Positions 37,396 to 46,111 of a stretch of 59,275 nucleotides of DNA are shown piece after piece (position 1 is the stretch's first letter; each line of letters opens with the position of its first letter). Location: positions 1 to 59,275 of IMG/VR virus record IMGVR_UViG_3300044468_000011. One strand, written 5' to 3'. The translations under genes were made by a program, and so were the position numbers. A model generated the notes under the pieces. It was not told the origin of the DNA. It did not search any database and saw only the letters and a list, made by a program, of their open reading frames with translations. The stretch comes from a virus. Taxonomy: Duplodnaviria; Caudoviricetes.

Positions 37396-37470
37396 GAACG
37401 CAAACGACCCGCCAGGAAGCGGGCCGGATGCGCAGAGCGGGCGAAGCGGGAAGCTGGCCCGCTAAGTCTC
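37396..37470 (-). terminator. Cassette B 3' element; direct repeat of 33605-33679
   Basis: Same identical blocks as copy A. Confidence 0.8.
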
Positions 37471-37725
37471 CTGCCGATCTTGAATGCGGGCGAACAGGTC
37501 GGCCCCGTTGAGCTTCTCGGTGCGTTCATTGCCCTCTTCGGCTTCGATCGCCCGCATGGCGGCGACTTCTGCGTTTTCCTTCTTCGCATAAATGCCGGGG
37601 TCGAGCGGGTTGACAGGGCCCGCCTCGCGGCCGTCGCTGTGCGTCGCCCCCCAACTCCACCCAATTGCCGTGCGGTTGAACTCAATAGTCCAAGCAGACA
37701 GATCAAGCGTCTTCGTCTCAGTCAT
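37462..37725 (-). CDS. Cassette B cargo, hypothetical (87 aa, ends QET)
   Basis: TAAGAT -10, GGAGG RBS, ATG at 37725. Confidence 0.8.
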   Translation of the reverse strand: MTETKTLDLSAWTIEFNRTAIGWSWGATHSDGREAGPVNPLDPGIYAKKENAEVAAMRAIEAEEGNERTEKLNGADLFARIQDRQET

Positions 37726-37869
37726 CCCGGGCTTCCCCTCCGAGTTAGTGGATTTGCGTTCAAGCATCTTATCCCCTGGCCGGATGCCTTATGCAACCCA
37801 TCCGATTCACGGTACGAGCGTGGCTTCGTCTTGACAATCGATGATTGGTTGAGCATTCTTCCCGGCCGC

Positions 37870-38697
37870 ATGTCTCAAGTCCAACCTTCGGATGCCCGCG
37901 TCGCCTACGACGCGATGGCCCCGATCTACGACGAGTTCAACGCGGGGAACAACTACGAGCTCTGGCTTGGTGAGGTGCTGCTGCCGGAGTTGGAGAAGTA
38001 CGGTCTCCGCCGGCCCGGCCGGGCGTTGGATCTCGGCTGCGGCACCGGGAGAGCCTTCGAGCCCCTGCTTCGCCGGCGGTGGTCGGTATGGGGGGTAGAT
38101 GCCTCCGAGCGGATGCTGGAGCAGGCGAGGGAGAAGCTGCCGGATGCCTGGGGCTACATCGGGGAGGTCGAGCTGCGCCAGCATGATGCCCGGGATTTGC
38201 CCACGTTCGAGCGGCCCTCGAAACTCGGCGGGCCCCATCGGGTTCGCTTCGATCTCATCATCGCTTTGAACGACGTCGTCAACTACCTGACCGAGGACGG
38301 CGATCTCGAGCGGGTCTTCTCCGGCATGAAGGCGAACCTTTGGGAGGACGGGCTGGTCTGCTTCGACGCAACCTCCCTCGCCGTCTTCCACGGCTCCTAC
38401 ACACATTCTGGCGGGAGTTCGTCCCTGAGCGATCGGGGCTGGCAGTGGTTGGGGCTAACGGATCGGGCTGAACCCGGGGGTCTCTTCGAGGCCGAACTAT
38501 CCGGGGTCGACGTCGAGCCCCACGTGCATCGCCTACGTCATTGGCCGCGGGAGCAGATAGAAGCCGCTATGGGGGCGGCCGGGCTCCAGTGTCTCGCCGC
38601 CTTGGGCCAACGTGAGGAGGGGCGGAGCCTGATCCTGGAGGAGCCCGACGAGTCGGTCCATGAACGGACGATCTACATCGGGGGGCATCGTGGGTAG
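37870..38697 (+). CDS. Class I SAM-dependent methyltransferase (small-molecule/peptide type)
   Basis: YDAMAPIYD, LDLGCGTG, GVDASERML, FDLI..DVVNY; TTGACA-N17-CATTCT promoter at 37831-37859. Confidence 0.92.
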   Translation: MSQVQPSDARVAYDAMAPIYDEFNAGNNYELWLGEVLLPELEKYGLRRPGRALDLGCGTGRAFEPLLRRRWSVWGVDASERMLEQAREKLPDAWGYIGEVELRQHDARDLPTFERPSKLGGPHRVRFDLIIALNDVVNYLTEDGDLERVFSGMKANLWEDGLVCFDATSLAVFHGSYTHSGGSSSLSDRGWQWLGLTDRAEPGGLFEAELSGVDVEPHVHRLRHWPREQIEAAMGAAGLQCLAALGQREEGRSLILEEPDESVHERTIYIGGHRG

Positions 38698-38728
38698 CCG
38701 GGCCGACCTCGTTGACGGTCGGCCCGGC
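38697..38728. terminator. Hairpin between the convergent methyltransferase and peptide genes
   Basis: Perfect 12-bp inverted repeat GCCGGGCCGACC/GGTCGGCCCGGC. Confidence 0.75.
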
Positions 38729-38736
38729 CAAGAGGC

Positions 38737-38796
38737 TCAGGTCCCCTTGGAAGTGCTGAGGGCCGGGTACTGGCTCGGCGCAGTCGCGATCTTCAA
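38737..38796 (-). CDS. 19-aa peptide MKIATAPSQYPALSTSKGT
   Basis: AAGGGAGGTGA SD with 8 nt from GGAGG to TTG; TGA followed directly by the hairpin; fills the intergenic space. Confidence 0.65.
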   Translation of the reverse strand: MKIATAPSQYPALSTSKGT

Positions 38797-38837
38797 ATCG
38801 GTCACCTCCCTTCCCAGGCAGTCGGATCGGGTCAAGC

Positions 38838-39452
38838 ATGGGCGCTGAGGCGGACGGCAAGATCACGCCGAGGAGTGCGGCGCCCTACCTCCCGCCGGCC
38901 CTCCACGGTGTACTCGCCAACGAGCTCCGGCACGAGATTCTCATGCGCTGCGGCGAACGACCCTGGAGCGCGACGGAATTGGCGGAGGCTTTAGAACAAC
39001 CTCGCCGGAGAATCACCGACCAGATCGAAGAACTAAAGAAGCTTGACCCGCCCTTGCTGGAGTGCGTCGGCAAGAAGCCCAGCCCGAAAGGCGGGTCGAT
39101 GTTCATGTACAAGGCCGCGCGCTTTATCTTCAACACGGAGGAGTGGGACCAGCTCTCGCCGGTCGAACAGGCTGTCTCTTCCGCCAACATTGTGAAGCTG
39201 GTCACGGAAGAGTTGGCACGCGGGATTCGGGATGGCACCCTCTACAACACCAGCGATCACTACCTGCTTCGGGATCGCCAGATGGTCGATCGACAAGCAA
39301 TGGCCGAAATCAGGGAACTTCTCGACGAAGCGCATGATCGTTTCGTCGGCATCGCCACCACCGCCACCCAGCGGCTGGAGTCCTCCGGGGAGCGGCCGAT
39401 CCCCATCACGCTGGCCCTGGTATCCGGCGAGGTCGCCCCCAAAGGGCGCTGA
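38838..39452 (+). CDS. ArsR-like winged-HTH regulator with C-terminal domain
   Basis: LANELRHEILMRCGERPWSATELAEAL..LLECV; ~100-aa C-terminal domain. Confidence 0.85.
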   Translation: MGAEADGKITPRSAAPYLPPALHGVLANELRHEILMRCGERPWSATELAEALEQPRRRITDQIEELKKLDPPLLECVGKKPSPKGGSMFMYKAARFIFNTEEWDQLSPVEQAVSSANIVKLVTEELARGIRDGTLYNTSDHYLLRDRQMVDRQAMAEIRELLDEAHDRFVGIATTATQRLESSGERPIPITLALVSGEVAPKGR

Positions 39453-39784
39453 GGAGTACACCGAAAAAATCCGGGTCTTGACGGACCCCACTCAGTGCCG
39501 TTGACTGCACGAAAAGGTCGTCGTAATGGAGCGACGCCGACTATGAACGCGGGGGTACTGAGAGGTGCGCGACGTCAGGGGGGAAGGTGCTGGGCGAGTC
39601 GATGGAAGCGGGGCCGAACGTGGAGCGCGTGGTGATCTGGCCGATGATCACGATTCCTCCCCTAGAGCGCTTGGCCCCGCTTCGATCGAGCAGCCTACCC
39701 CTGAGCCTGACGAATTCGACCGCGCTAAGCGCATCGCCGACTACCTGCACCGGCAGGCGGCGATGATGCCACTCGACTCCCCCC

Positions 39785-40275
39785 TTAGGGCTTTGGCCCT
39801 TCGGGAGTCAGATCGATGGGCGACCATTTCGGGGACCCGCCCACTTCGTCTTCGTTCATTGCCTGGATCGCGTACTTCCGCATCTGGTCAGACAGGAAGT
39901 TCAGGCGATCCTCAACCTGCTGCCAGCGAGCCTCTTCGTCCAGTGATTTAGCAAGGGAATCCACCAGCTGGCTGATTCGGTCGACCCGGCTTTCTAGGGC
40001 ACGTAGGCCATCGAGGAAGTCGCCTTCGGCTGCGAGCATCTCGCCTTCCCCCGAGATGATCCACTCCGGGTTGGCGCCGTAGACGCGGGCGAGGGCATGC
40101 ACCGACGGCAGGCCGATCACGTCGCCCTTCTCCCAGTTCCGAAGGGCCGCTGCGCTTTTGCCGGCGGCCTCCGCTGCCTGCGTTTTACCGAGCCTCGCGA
40201 CCTCTTCGCGAAGGCGTACCAGGCGCTTGCCGCGCTCGCTATCGGGGGGAAGTCCTTCGGGTGGAATGGCGCCAC
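39785..40275 (-). CDS. XRE/CI-like immunity repressor (start problematic)
   Basis: Frame of 39785-40120 stays open upstream to 40276 and encodes RGKRLVRLREE..KTQAAEAAGKSAAALRNWEKG..LARVYGANPEWIISGEG. Confidence 0.8.
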
Positions 40276-40331
40276 TTTAAATGGTTGAACAAGGCTAAGT
40301 GCCCAGCATGCGTAAACAATACGCGTCGTTC

Positions 40332-40359
40332 TTGACATGCGCAAGAATTGCGCTACAGT
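40332..40359 (+). promoter_or_regulatory. Early rightward promoter, leaderless-type
   Basis: TTGACA-N16-TACAGT-N6-ATG. Confidence 0.75.
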
Positions 40360-40365
40360 TGCGCT

Positions 40366-40545
40366 ATGCAAGCAACCGAGAAGGCAATTACCTTCCGCGT
40401 CCCGGGCGATCTGAAAGAGAAGTTCCGGGCCGCCGCTGAAGCTGAGAACCGGAGCATCGCCGGGTCGCTCCGCAACCTCATGGAGAAACGAGTGGCCGAG
40501 TTCGAGGGCGAGGAGCATCTCCCCGCCGCCGGAAAGGCGGCATAG
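40366..40545 (+). CDS. Arc/ribbon-helix-helix regulator in the Cro position
   Basis: ITFRVPGDLKEKFRAAAEAENRSIAGSLRNLM. Confidence 0.88.
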   Translation: MQATEKAITFRVPGDLKEKFRAAAEAENRSIAGSLRNLMEKRVAEFEGEEHLPAAGKAA

Positions 40546-40549
40546 AGCG

Positions 40550-40978
40550 ATGGCGACCGCGACCGCCGTCAAGAGTTTCGCCGAGCTCCCACTGCTCTTC
40601 GGGCAGGACGCCCCGGTTATGCGCGAGATACGAGCACAGCGGAGCGTCGACGCTTTTCTCGAAGTGGGGCGCAACGAGCCCTTCCGCGACGTGCTTCGCC
40701 GCGACCCCTGCGCCTACTGCGGTGCGCCGATCGGTGGCACGCTGGATCACATCGAGGCTCGGGCCACCGGTGGCCGCGACGAACTCGCCAACCTCACCGG
40801 CTCCTGCGCGAACTGCAACACCCGAAAGGGGATGCGGTCCCTCCTGGCATTTCTTGCCGGCTCCTTCCGGTTCGCCGGGACGCCGCAGCGGCGGGTGGAC
40901 CAGATGGTCTACAGCGCCGCCTTTCGCAACGGCCGGATCGTCAGCACGCAGTTCAAGTCGACCCGGAGGACGCTCTAA
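40550..40978 (+). CDS. HNH endonuclease
   Basis: CAYCG..DHI..NLTGSCANCNTRKG. Confidence 0.9.
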   Translation: MATATAVKSFAELPLLFGQDAPVMREIRAQRSVDAFLEVGRNEPFRDVLRRDPCAYCGAPIGGTLDHIEARATGGRDELANLTGSCANCNTRKGMRSLLAFLAGSFRFAGTPQRRVDQMVYSAAFRNGRIVSTQFKSTRRTL

Positions 40979-41218
40979 ATGTTCGCCGTCGAAGTCACCT
41001 ACGACCGCGACCTCTACGGGAACCGCTCCATCTTGAAGGAGTTCGAGGAGCCCGAGATCGCGGCCCAGTTCTTCGAAAGCGAGACCGAACCGCCCCGCCA
41101 AGAACTCGCCCTGCTGATCGAAGAACTGGTCACCGAGGGGAAGATCGAGGACTTCAACGATGAGACGGGCAAGCGAGTGGTTGCCCGGGAAATCGCTCCG
41201 GCCGGGGTCCCGGCATGA
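40979..41218 (+). CDS. Hypothetical protein
   Basis: GGAGG RBS; operon position. Confidence 0.7.
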   Translation: MFAVEVTYDRDLYGNRSILKEFEEPEIAAQFFESETEPPRQELALLIEELVTEGKIEDFNDETGKRVVAREIAPAGVPA

Positions 41219-41502
41219 ACAAGCGCGACCTCGTCGGGATCGCCATCGGCCTGCTCCTCGCAGCCTGTCTCTGGTACCTGCTCTCTCTCCTCTTCGGTCT
41301 CTTCCTGATCGTCCTCGCCACCCTCCCCTGGCACGGCTGGTTCGGGTTCGGGCTCTTCGGTCTCACCACGGTGAAGTGCCTTGGTGAGTCGGAGGTCCCG
41401 ACCCGCCGGCGGTGTCGGCTGCCGGTCTCGGCTCGGCCCAAGCTCCGGGTCATCGGAGGCTGCCGTGAGACCGCCGAGGAGCGGTGGGGGAGGGCTGCCT
41501 GA
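41215..41502 (+). CDS. Membrane protein
   Basis: Hydrophobic N-terminal half; overlaps. Confidence 0.65.
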   Translation: MNKRDLVGIAIGLLLAACLWYLLSLLFGLFLIVLATLPWHGWFGFGLFGLTTVKCLGESEVPTRRRCRLPVSARPKLRVIGGCRETAEERWGRAA

Positions 41503-41609
41503 TGCTGATCGCCCTACTCGCCCTTGCCGTCGGTGGTTTTGTCGCGGTGCTCACAGACTTCCTCGTGCAGGCAGGCCGTCGCCGCCAGCGGACCTGGGGG
41601 CGGCGATGA
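41502..41609 (+). CDS. Small TM peptide (35 aa)
   Basis: Read manually; MLIALLALAVGG.. with basic tail; coupled at both ends. Confidence 0.55.
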   Translation: MLIALLALAVGGFVAVLTDFLVQAGRRRQRTWGRR

Positions 41610-41764
41610 GCGACCAGCTGCGAGAAGCGAAGCAGGAAGCGCGCGAGCACATGAACGACCTTCGCTCGGCGATCAAAGCCGAGGAGTGGTGGGCCGCCCA
41701 TGCAGCGGCCCAGGTGCTCTCCGAACGCCTCGCCGAGGTCGCCTCTCTGGAGGCGCAGGGATGA
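41606..41764 (+). CDS. Hypothetical protein (52 aa)
   Basis: ATGA overlaps. Confidence 0.65.
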   Translation: MSDQLREAKQEAREHMNDLRSAIKAEEWWAAHAAAQVLSERLAEVASLEAQG

Positions 41765-42231
41765 CCCACCGAGACTTCCAACAAAAACGCGCCCGCGACG
41801 GTGGAACGTCCGGGCGCCTGAGCCAAGGAGACGAGTCCATGGCTGTACGGAGTGTAAGAGACGAACCGACGATCGAGGAGTTGATCGAGGCACGGGAGCG
41901 CGCCGAGGTTCTCGAGGCCGCCGATGACGGGCGACTGGTTGACCTCGCCATGTACAGGGCGCTCCGTGGCCCGGCCCGGGAGATCGACCACGACGACGAC
42001 GAGAACCCGCCGATCGATGCCGTCGCTCGGGAGCGGGCAGAAGACGAGGTCGCCGAGCTGCACGGGCGGATCTCCGAGGCAGAATCGGTCTTGAACTGGC
42101 TGGCCGGATTCGTCGGCGAGGAGGGGCCCGGATCTGCCGCCGTCAACTCGGCGGGGATCAAGCTCGGGGAAGTGCGCGAGCAGCTCCCTGTGATCCGTCA
42201 GGCGGTTCGAGATATGGAGCAGGACTCGTGA
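41761..42231 (+). CDS. Hypothetical protein
   Basis: ATGA overlap; acidic helical. Confidence 0.65.
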   Translation: MTHRDFQQKRARDGGTSGRLSQGDESMAVRSVRDEPTIEELIEARERAEVLEAADDGRLVDLAMYRALRGPAREIDHDDDENPPIDAVARERAEDEVAELHGRISEAESVLNWLAGFVGEEGPGSAAVNSAGIKLGEVREQLPVIRQAVRDMEQDS

Positions 42232-43088
42232 GCGCGAAGAACGGCACGGAGGTCATTAAGCCGCCGGACCGGACTCCGCTTATGCGGCGAGACCCGGTGC
42301 AGCTTGCCCAGCACTTCCTCGCGTCGGGCTTCTTTGCCGATGTGACGGACCTGAGCAAAGCGGTGGTGAAGATCGTCGCCGGCGAAGAGCTGGGCCTTGG
42401 GCCGATGGCCGCGATGCGCGGGATCTACATCATCGAAGGCAAGCCCAGCCTCTCGTCAAACCTCATGGCCGCACTGGTCAAACGGTCTCCGGCCTACGAC
42501 TACCGCGTAACCGAGCACACCGGTGAGAAGTGCGTGATCTCCTTTCTTCAGGACGGAAAGGAGGTTGGGACCTCGGAATTCACGATTGCCCAAGCCCGCG
42601 AGATCAAGACGAAGGAGGGGGGCAAGTGGATTCCGCTGGCAGACACCGCTCGCTGGAAGCAGTACCCCAAAGCGATGCTGTTCGCCCGTGCCCTCTCGCA
42701 GGGCGTCCGCTGGTACTGCCCGGACCTGATGTCGGGCGCCCCCGCCTACACGCCGGAGGAGTTGGGGGCGATGGTCAACGCACAGGGGGAAGTAGTCCAT
42801 GTTCCCGCTGAAGTTGAAGTCGAGAAGCCGACCAAGCTCGACGACGCCCGGGTCGCCCACCTGGTCGAAGGCATCGAGATCGTCAAACCCGCCCTCGCCG
42901 AAAACGGGGCCGATTGGATCGACGGCTTCAACGTGATGCTCGGCTCACTGGGAATCGACGGCTTCGAGCCCGCCGATGACCTCACCGCTCAACTGTCCAA
43001 TTTGAGTGAGGACGACGCCGACAAGATCGACCAGGCCCTTCAGGCCCTCGCCGACGAGGAGGCCGAGAAGGCGGAGGCGGCCTCCTGA
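42228..43088 (+). CDS. RecT/Redbeta-like ssDNA-annealing recombinase
   Basis: GEELGLGPMAAMRGIYIIEGKP..WKQYPKAMLFARA..YTPEE. Confidence 0.85.
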   Translation: MSAKNGTEVIKPPDRTPLMRRDPVQLAQHFLASGFFADVTDLSKAVVKIVAGEELGLGPMAAMRGIYIIEGKPSLSSNLMAALVKRSPAYDYRVTEHTGEKCVISFLQDGKEVGTSEFTIAQAREIKTKEGGKWIPLADTARWKQYPKAMLFARALSQGVRWYCPDLMSGAPAYTPEELGAMVNAQGEVVHVPAEVEVEKPTKLDDARVAHLVEGIEIVKPALAENGADWIDGFNVMLGSLGIDGFEPADDLTAQLSNLSEDDADKIDQALQALADEEAEKAEAAS

Positions 43089-43918
43089 TGGCGACGAAGC
43101 AGAAGACGCCGCCGACCTCAGTCGAGATCCTCCCCAACGGGACCAAGATCGAATTTTGGGACAAAGTCGACGCCGAGGGCAACGAGCAGAAACGCCGATA
43201 CATGGTGGACGGTGCCCGGTTCGTCAACGTCACCACGGTCCTCGACGTGCTCGCGAAGGAGGCACTGCTCGACTGGGCGGCGCGGCTCGCTCGCGAAGGC
43301 AAGAACTGGCGAGTGGTCCGCGCTGAAGCGGGCGAGCGAGGAAGTGTCTCCCACCATCTGCTGCTGCAACTGCTGACCGGGCAGGGCGCGACCCTCGCCG
43401 ACCTCGCCCCCGAGCATCGTCCCTACGGGCAGGCCGGGTTCAAATTCGTCCACGGTCGAAAGCCGAAGGTCATCGAGTGCGAGCGGATGGTCGCTTCGCC
43501 CGAGCACGGCTACGCCGGCCGCCTTGATCTCTTCACCGAGCTCGACGAAACCCTCACCCTCGTCGACTTCAAGACCGTCACCGCCTGGGCCTACGAAAAG
43601 GACCAGGACGGCAACGAGACCGACAAGGTCTACCCACCCTTCACCGAGAACCTGCTCCAGCTCGACCTCTACCAGGGCGCCCGGTTGGAGTGCGGGTTGC
43701 CCCCGGCAGAGCGCGGGCTGATCGTTCGTCTCGGCCCCGACGCCGAAGTTCTGGAGACGCCGGTGCCCCTCGACCCCGAACGAGGTGTGGCGATCCTCAA
43801 GGCATATCGCGCCAAGGCGGACGCGCGGAAGGTGCTCAAGGCCGCCGCGTCCGCCGAGTACAGCCGTCTGAAGCTCGACCGCGAGATCGAGCAGCAGTGT
43901 CAGGCGGTGGGTCTCTGA
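43088..43918 (+). CDS. PD-(D/E)xK exonuclease
   Basis: VTTVL..G...H..YAGRLDL..LVDFKT..QLDLY. Confidence 0.88.
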   Translation: MATKQKTPPTSVEILPNGTKIEFWDKVDAEGNEQKRRYMVDGARFVNVTTVLDVLAKEALLDWAARLAREGKNWRVVRAEAGERGSVSHHLLLQLLTGQGATLADLAPEHRPYGQAGFKFVHGRKPKVIECERMVASPEHGYAGRLDLFTELDETLTLVDFKTVTAWAYEKDQDGNETDKVYPPFTENLLQLDLYQGARLECGLPPAERGLIVRLGPDAEVLETPVPLDPERGVAILKAYRAKADARKVLKAAASAEYSRLKLDREIEQQCQAVGL

Positions 43919-44205
43919 TGGCGGGGGAGATCGACCGCGCCCTGGCCCGCTACGGCGAGCGCATCGACGCCGCCACGGCCAACCGCAGCGCGAGTCGCGA
44001 CGAAAGCTTCGCCGCCGTCCGCATGAGCCTCACCGGCTTCGACTTGGATTTCCAGGAAGTAGAGGCCTGGCTTAGCCGAGGCATCATCTCGGCCACCATC
44101 GTGGGCGGCTCCCCGGCTGACTTCTTCGCCAGCGGGGCCATCGGCGGACTTGCCATCGGCCTCCTCATAGCCGAGGAGCGCCAGAAGGCAGAGGCGTCCT
44201 CGTGA
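43918..44205 (+). CDS. Hypothetical protein
   Basis: TGATG coupling. Confidence 0.65.
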   Translation: MAGEIDRALARYGERIDAATANRSASRDESFAAVRMSLTGFDLDFQEVEAWLSRGIISATIVGGSPADFFASGAIGGLAIGLLIAEERQKAEASS

Positions 44206-44438
44206 TCAAGCTCACCCACAAGCAGGAAGAGGCGCTCAAAGGCGACCACCGCAAGGCGGTCTTCGACTACCTGAACGAACGCGGGCGCAAGCGGCCCGCG
44301 GCACTTGGTGAGATCTCCCGGGGGATTGATCTCCGAGACCTGGCCAAGGTCCACTACCACCTTGACGTCCTGGTTGACGTGGAGCTCGTAGAGAAGGTTC
44401 GTGGCACGAATCGGTACCGGTTGGTGGAGGGCGAGTGA
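44202..44438 (+). CDS. Winged-HTH protein
   Basis: ALGEISRGI..KVHYHLDVLVDVELVEK. Confidence 0.8.
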   Translation: MIKLTHKQEEALKGDHRKAVFDYLNERGRKRPAALGEISRGIDLRDLAKVHYHLDVLVDVELVEKVRGTNRYRLVEGE

Positions 44439-44689
44439 ACGTCGAAGTCGTCAAGCGCCAGTACCCGTGTCGCTGGTTCGCGTCCGACCCGACCCCGACG
44501 GCTTGTCGCTCCTGTGTGCTGGCGACGCATGTCCGCCTCGAGGGCACCGACCGCACTCTTTGCGGCCACGACTGCATGGACGAAGCGGGGTGGATGCCGC
44601 TCCTCGACACCCACCCTGAGGACATTGACAATCTCGATCGCTGCACGGTTTGTTACTCGCGCCTTCCACAGAGGGTGTTGGTTCTGTGA
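44435..44689 (+). CDS. Cys-rich hypothetical protein
   Basis: RTLCGHDC..CTVC; overlaps. Confidence 0.65.
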   Translation: MNVEVVKRQYPCRWFASDPTPTACRSCVLATHVRLEGTDRTLCGHDCMDEAGWMPLLDTHPEDIDNLDRCTVCYSRLPQRVLVL

Positions 44690-44859
44690 AGGGCGAGCTG
44701 AATCGTCTCTCCGCCGAGCTGAAGAGCCGGCTCCCCGAGCACACCTACACCGCCGTCCTTCGCCGGGCGAAAGCACTCGGGTCAGATCGCGCGCGCCGCG
44801 ACCTGCTCGCGGGAATACTTGAGCGACGCGAACTCGCCGAGAAGGCGGAAGCATCATGA
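44686..44859 (+). CDS. Hypothetical protein
   Basis: Coupled overlaps. Confidence 0.6.
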   Translation: MKGELNRLSAELKSRLPEHTYTAVLRRAKALGSDRARRDLLAGILERRELAEKAEAS

Positions 44860-45317
44860 GCGAGTCCCGCGCCTGTGACCAGTGCGGCAAGCACCTGATT
44901 ACCCAGCGCGCGGGCGCCCGGTTTTGTAACAAGGACTGCAGCAACGCCTGGCACAACAAACAGCGCCGCCGCGACAGGGCTACGGATAAGCACTTAACGC
45001 CCGGGAGCGGCCCGCAAAACACCTCCATGGGCGAAGTCAGGAGCATTGCCGGGGCCCGCAAACGCGCCGCCGTCAAGGCACCCACCGACTGCCAGCTGAT
45101 CGCACTCGCTCTGGAAGTAGCCGGCCCCAAGGGCCTTCACTCCCACACGATCCGCAAGCGCGGCCTCTCGGGTCACCCCTCCGAGCGCATCAGAGAACTG
45201 CAGGCCCGGGGCTACCAGATCGACCACATACAGGAGTTCAAGGGCCACCGCCCAGGGGTCCGCTACGTACTGATCTCTTCACCGGGTTCCTCTGTCAACG
45301 AGGCCAAGGCCGCGTAG
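44856..45317 (+). CDS. Zn-finger plus HTH protein
   Basis: CDQCG..FCNKDC; SERIRELQARGYQI. Confidence 0.75.
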   Translation: MSESRACDQCGKHLITQRAGARFCNKDCSNAWHNKQRRRDRATDKHLTPGSGPQNTSMGEVRSIAGARKRAAVKAPTDCQLIALALEVAGPKGLHSHTIRKRGLSGHPSERIRELQARGYQIDHIQEFKGHRPGVRYVLISSPGSSVNEAKAA

Positions 45318-45403
45318 TGGGGCATGCCGTGCCGACGCCCGTCAGAAACCGTGTTCGCCCGCGGCGGCGCAAACGGGTCCGCGGATGCCCGGGACGGCGG
45401 CCG

Positions 45404-46111
45404 ATGAGCCTCGACCTCCAGAAGCAGATATGGGACGACCCCGAGCCTCGGGGCAATGCGAAGTACGTCCTGGTCCACCTGGCGAGCTACGTGAAGCACG
45501 ACGCTTGGAGGAATGGCGACGACCTTCTGGCCTGGCCGTCTCAGAACACCGTGGCGGCGAAGTGCTGCATCGCCCGCAGCACTGTCGAAAAGGCCTTCGC
45601 CGACCTCGAGGCCCTCGGGAAGATCCGTGACACCGGCCGCCGGAAAGGCCGCCGCACCGTGGTCTGGGAGCTTTACCCGTCCACGGCGCCGGAGGTTCAG
45701 TCGGGCGCCGATCTCGCTGCCGACCTGCCCGCCTACCGGGCAAGTGGACTCGGTGACTTGCCCGGCAGCGAGGCAAGTAACGGTGACTTGCCCGAAGGCC
45801 GGGCAGGTGAGTTATCCACAGGCCCCGACTTGCCCGGCTCCCGGCAGGACTTGCCCGGTTCGCACGGGGACTTGCCCGGCAGCGAGGCAAGTACTTGCCC
45901 GCCTACCGGGCACGAACAGAGAAGGGAAAGCAGAACTACCAACACCGAAGGAGAGATGCGGGCGCGCGCAGGCGCGCGCAATCAAGGTGAGGGTGAGGAT
46001 CTCTCGGAAGAGTTGGCGGAGGTCGAAGAGCTTCTCGGCCGTCGTCCCGCCGACCGCCTGTTGAACGAACGCCGCGACGAAATCCTCGCCGCTACGGGAG
46101 GTGCCGCATAG
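45404..46111 (+). CDS. Replication initiator (N-terminal wHTH, internal iterons)
   Basis: AKYVLVHLA..AWPSQNTVAAKC..STVEKAFADLEALGKI. Confidence 0.85.
   Translation: MSLDLQKQIWDDPEPRGNAKYVLVHLASYVKHDAWRNGDDLLAWPSQNTVAAKCCIARSTVEKAFADLEALGKIRDTGRRKGRRTVVWELYPSTAPEVQSGADLAADLPAYRASGLGDLPGSEASNGDLPEGRAGELSTGPDLPGSRQDLPGSHGDLPGSEASTCPPTGHEQRRESRTTNTEGEMRARAGARNQGEGEDLSEELAEVEELLGRRPADRLLNERRDEILAATGGAA
45722..45914. repeat. Phage origin: seven ACYTGCCCG iterons plus DnaA box
   Basis: Units at about 45722, 45755, 45785, 45827, 45848, 45869, 45892, most with an inverted GGCA(A/G)GT-like half; TTATCCACA at 45812-45820. Confidence 0.8.

Noticed and set aside
37183-37869. 504-aa version of the methyltransferase
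   Set aside because: The extension lies antisense to cassette B; a promoter and a family-typical N-terminus support ATG 37870.
39565-39951. Plus-strand ORF convergent with the repressor
   Set aside because: The middle looks protein-like, but it overlaps the CI 3' end by 167 bp and has no clear start; left uncalled.
43088-43918. Cas4 / CRISPR adaptation gene
   Set aside because: Lacks the four-Cys cluster and is paired with a RecT-like gene, so it is a recombination exonuclease.
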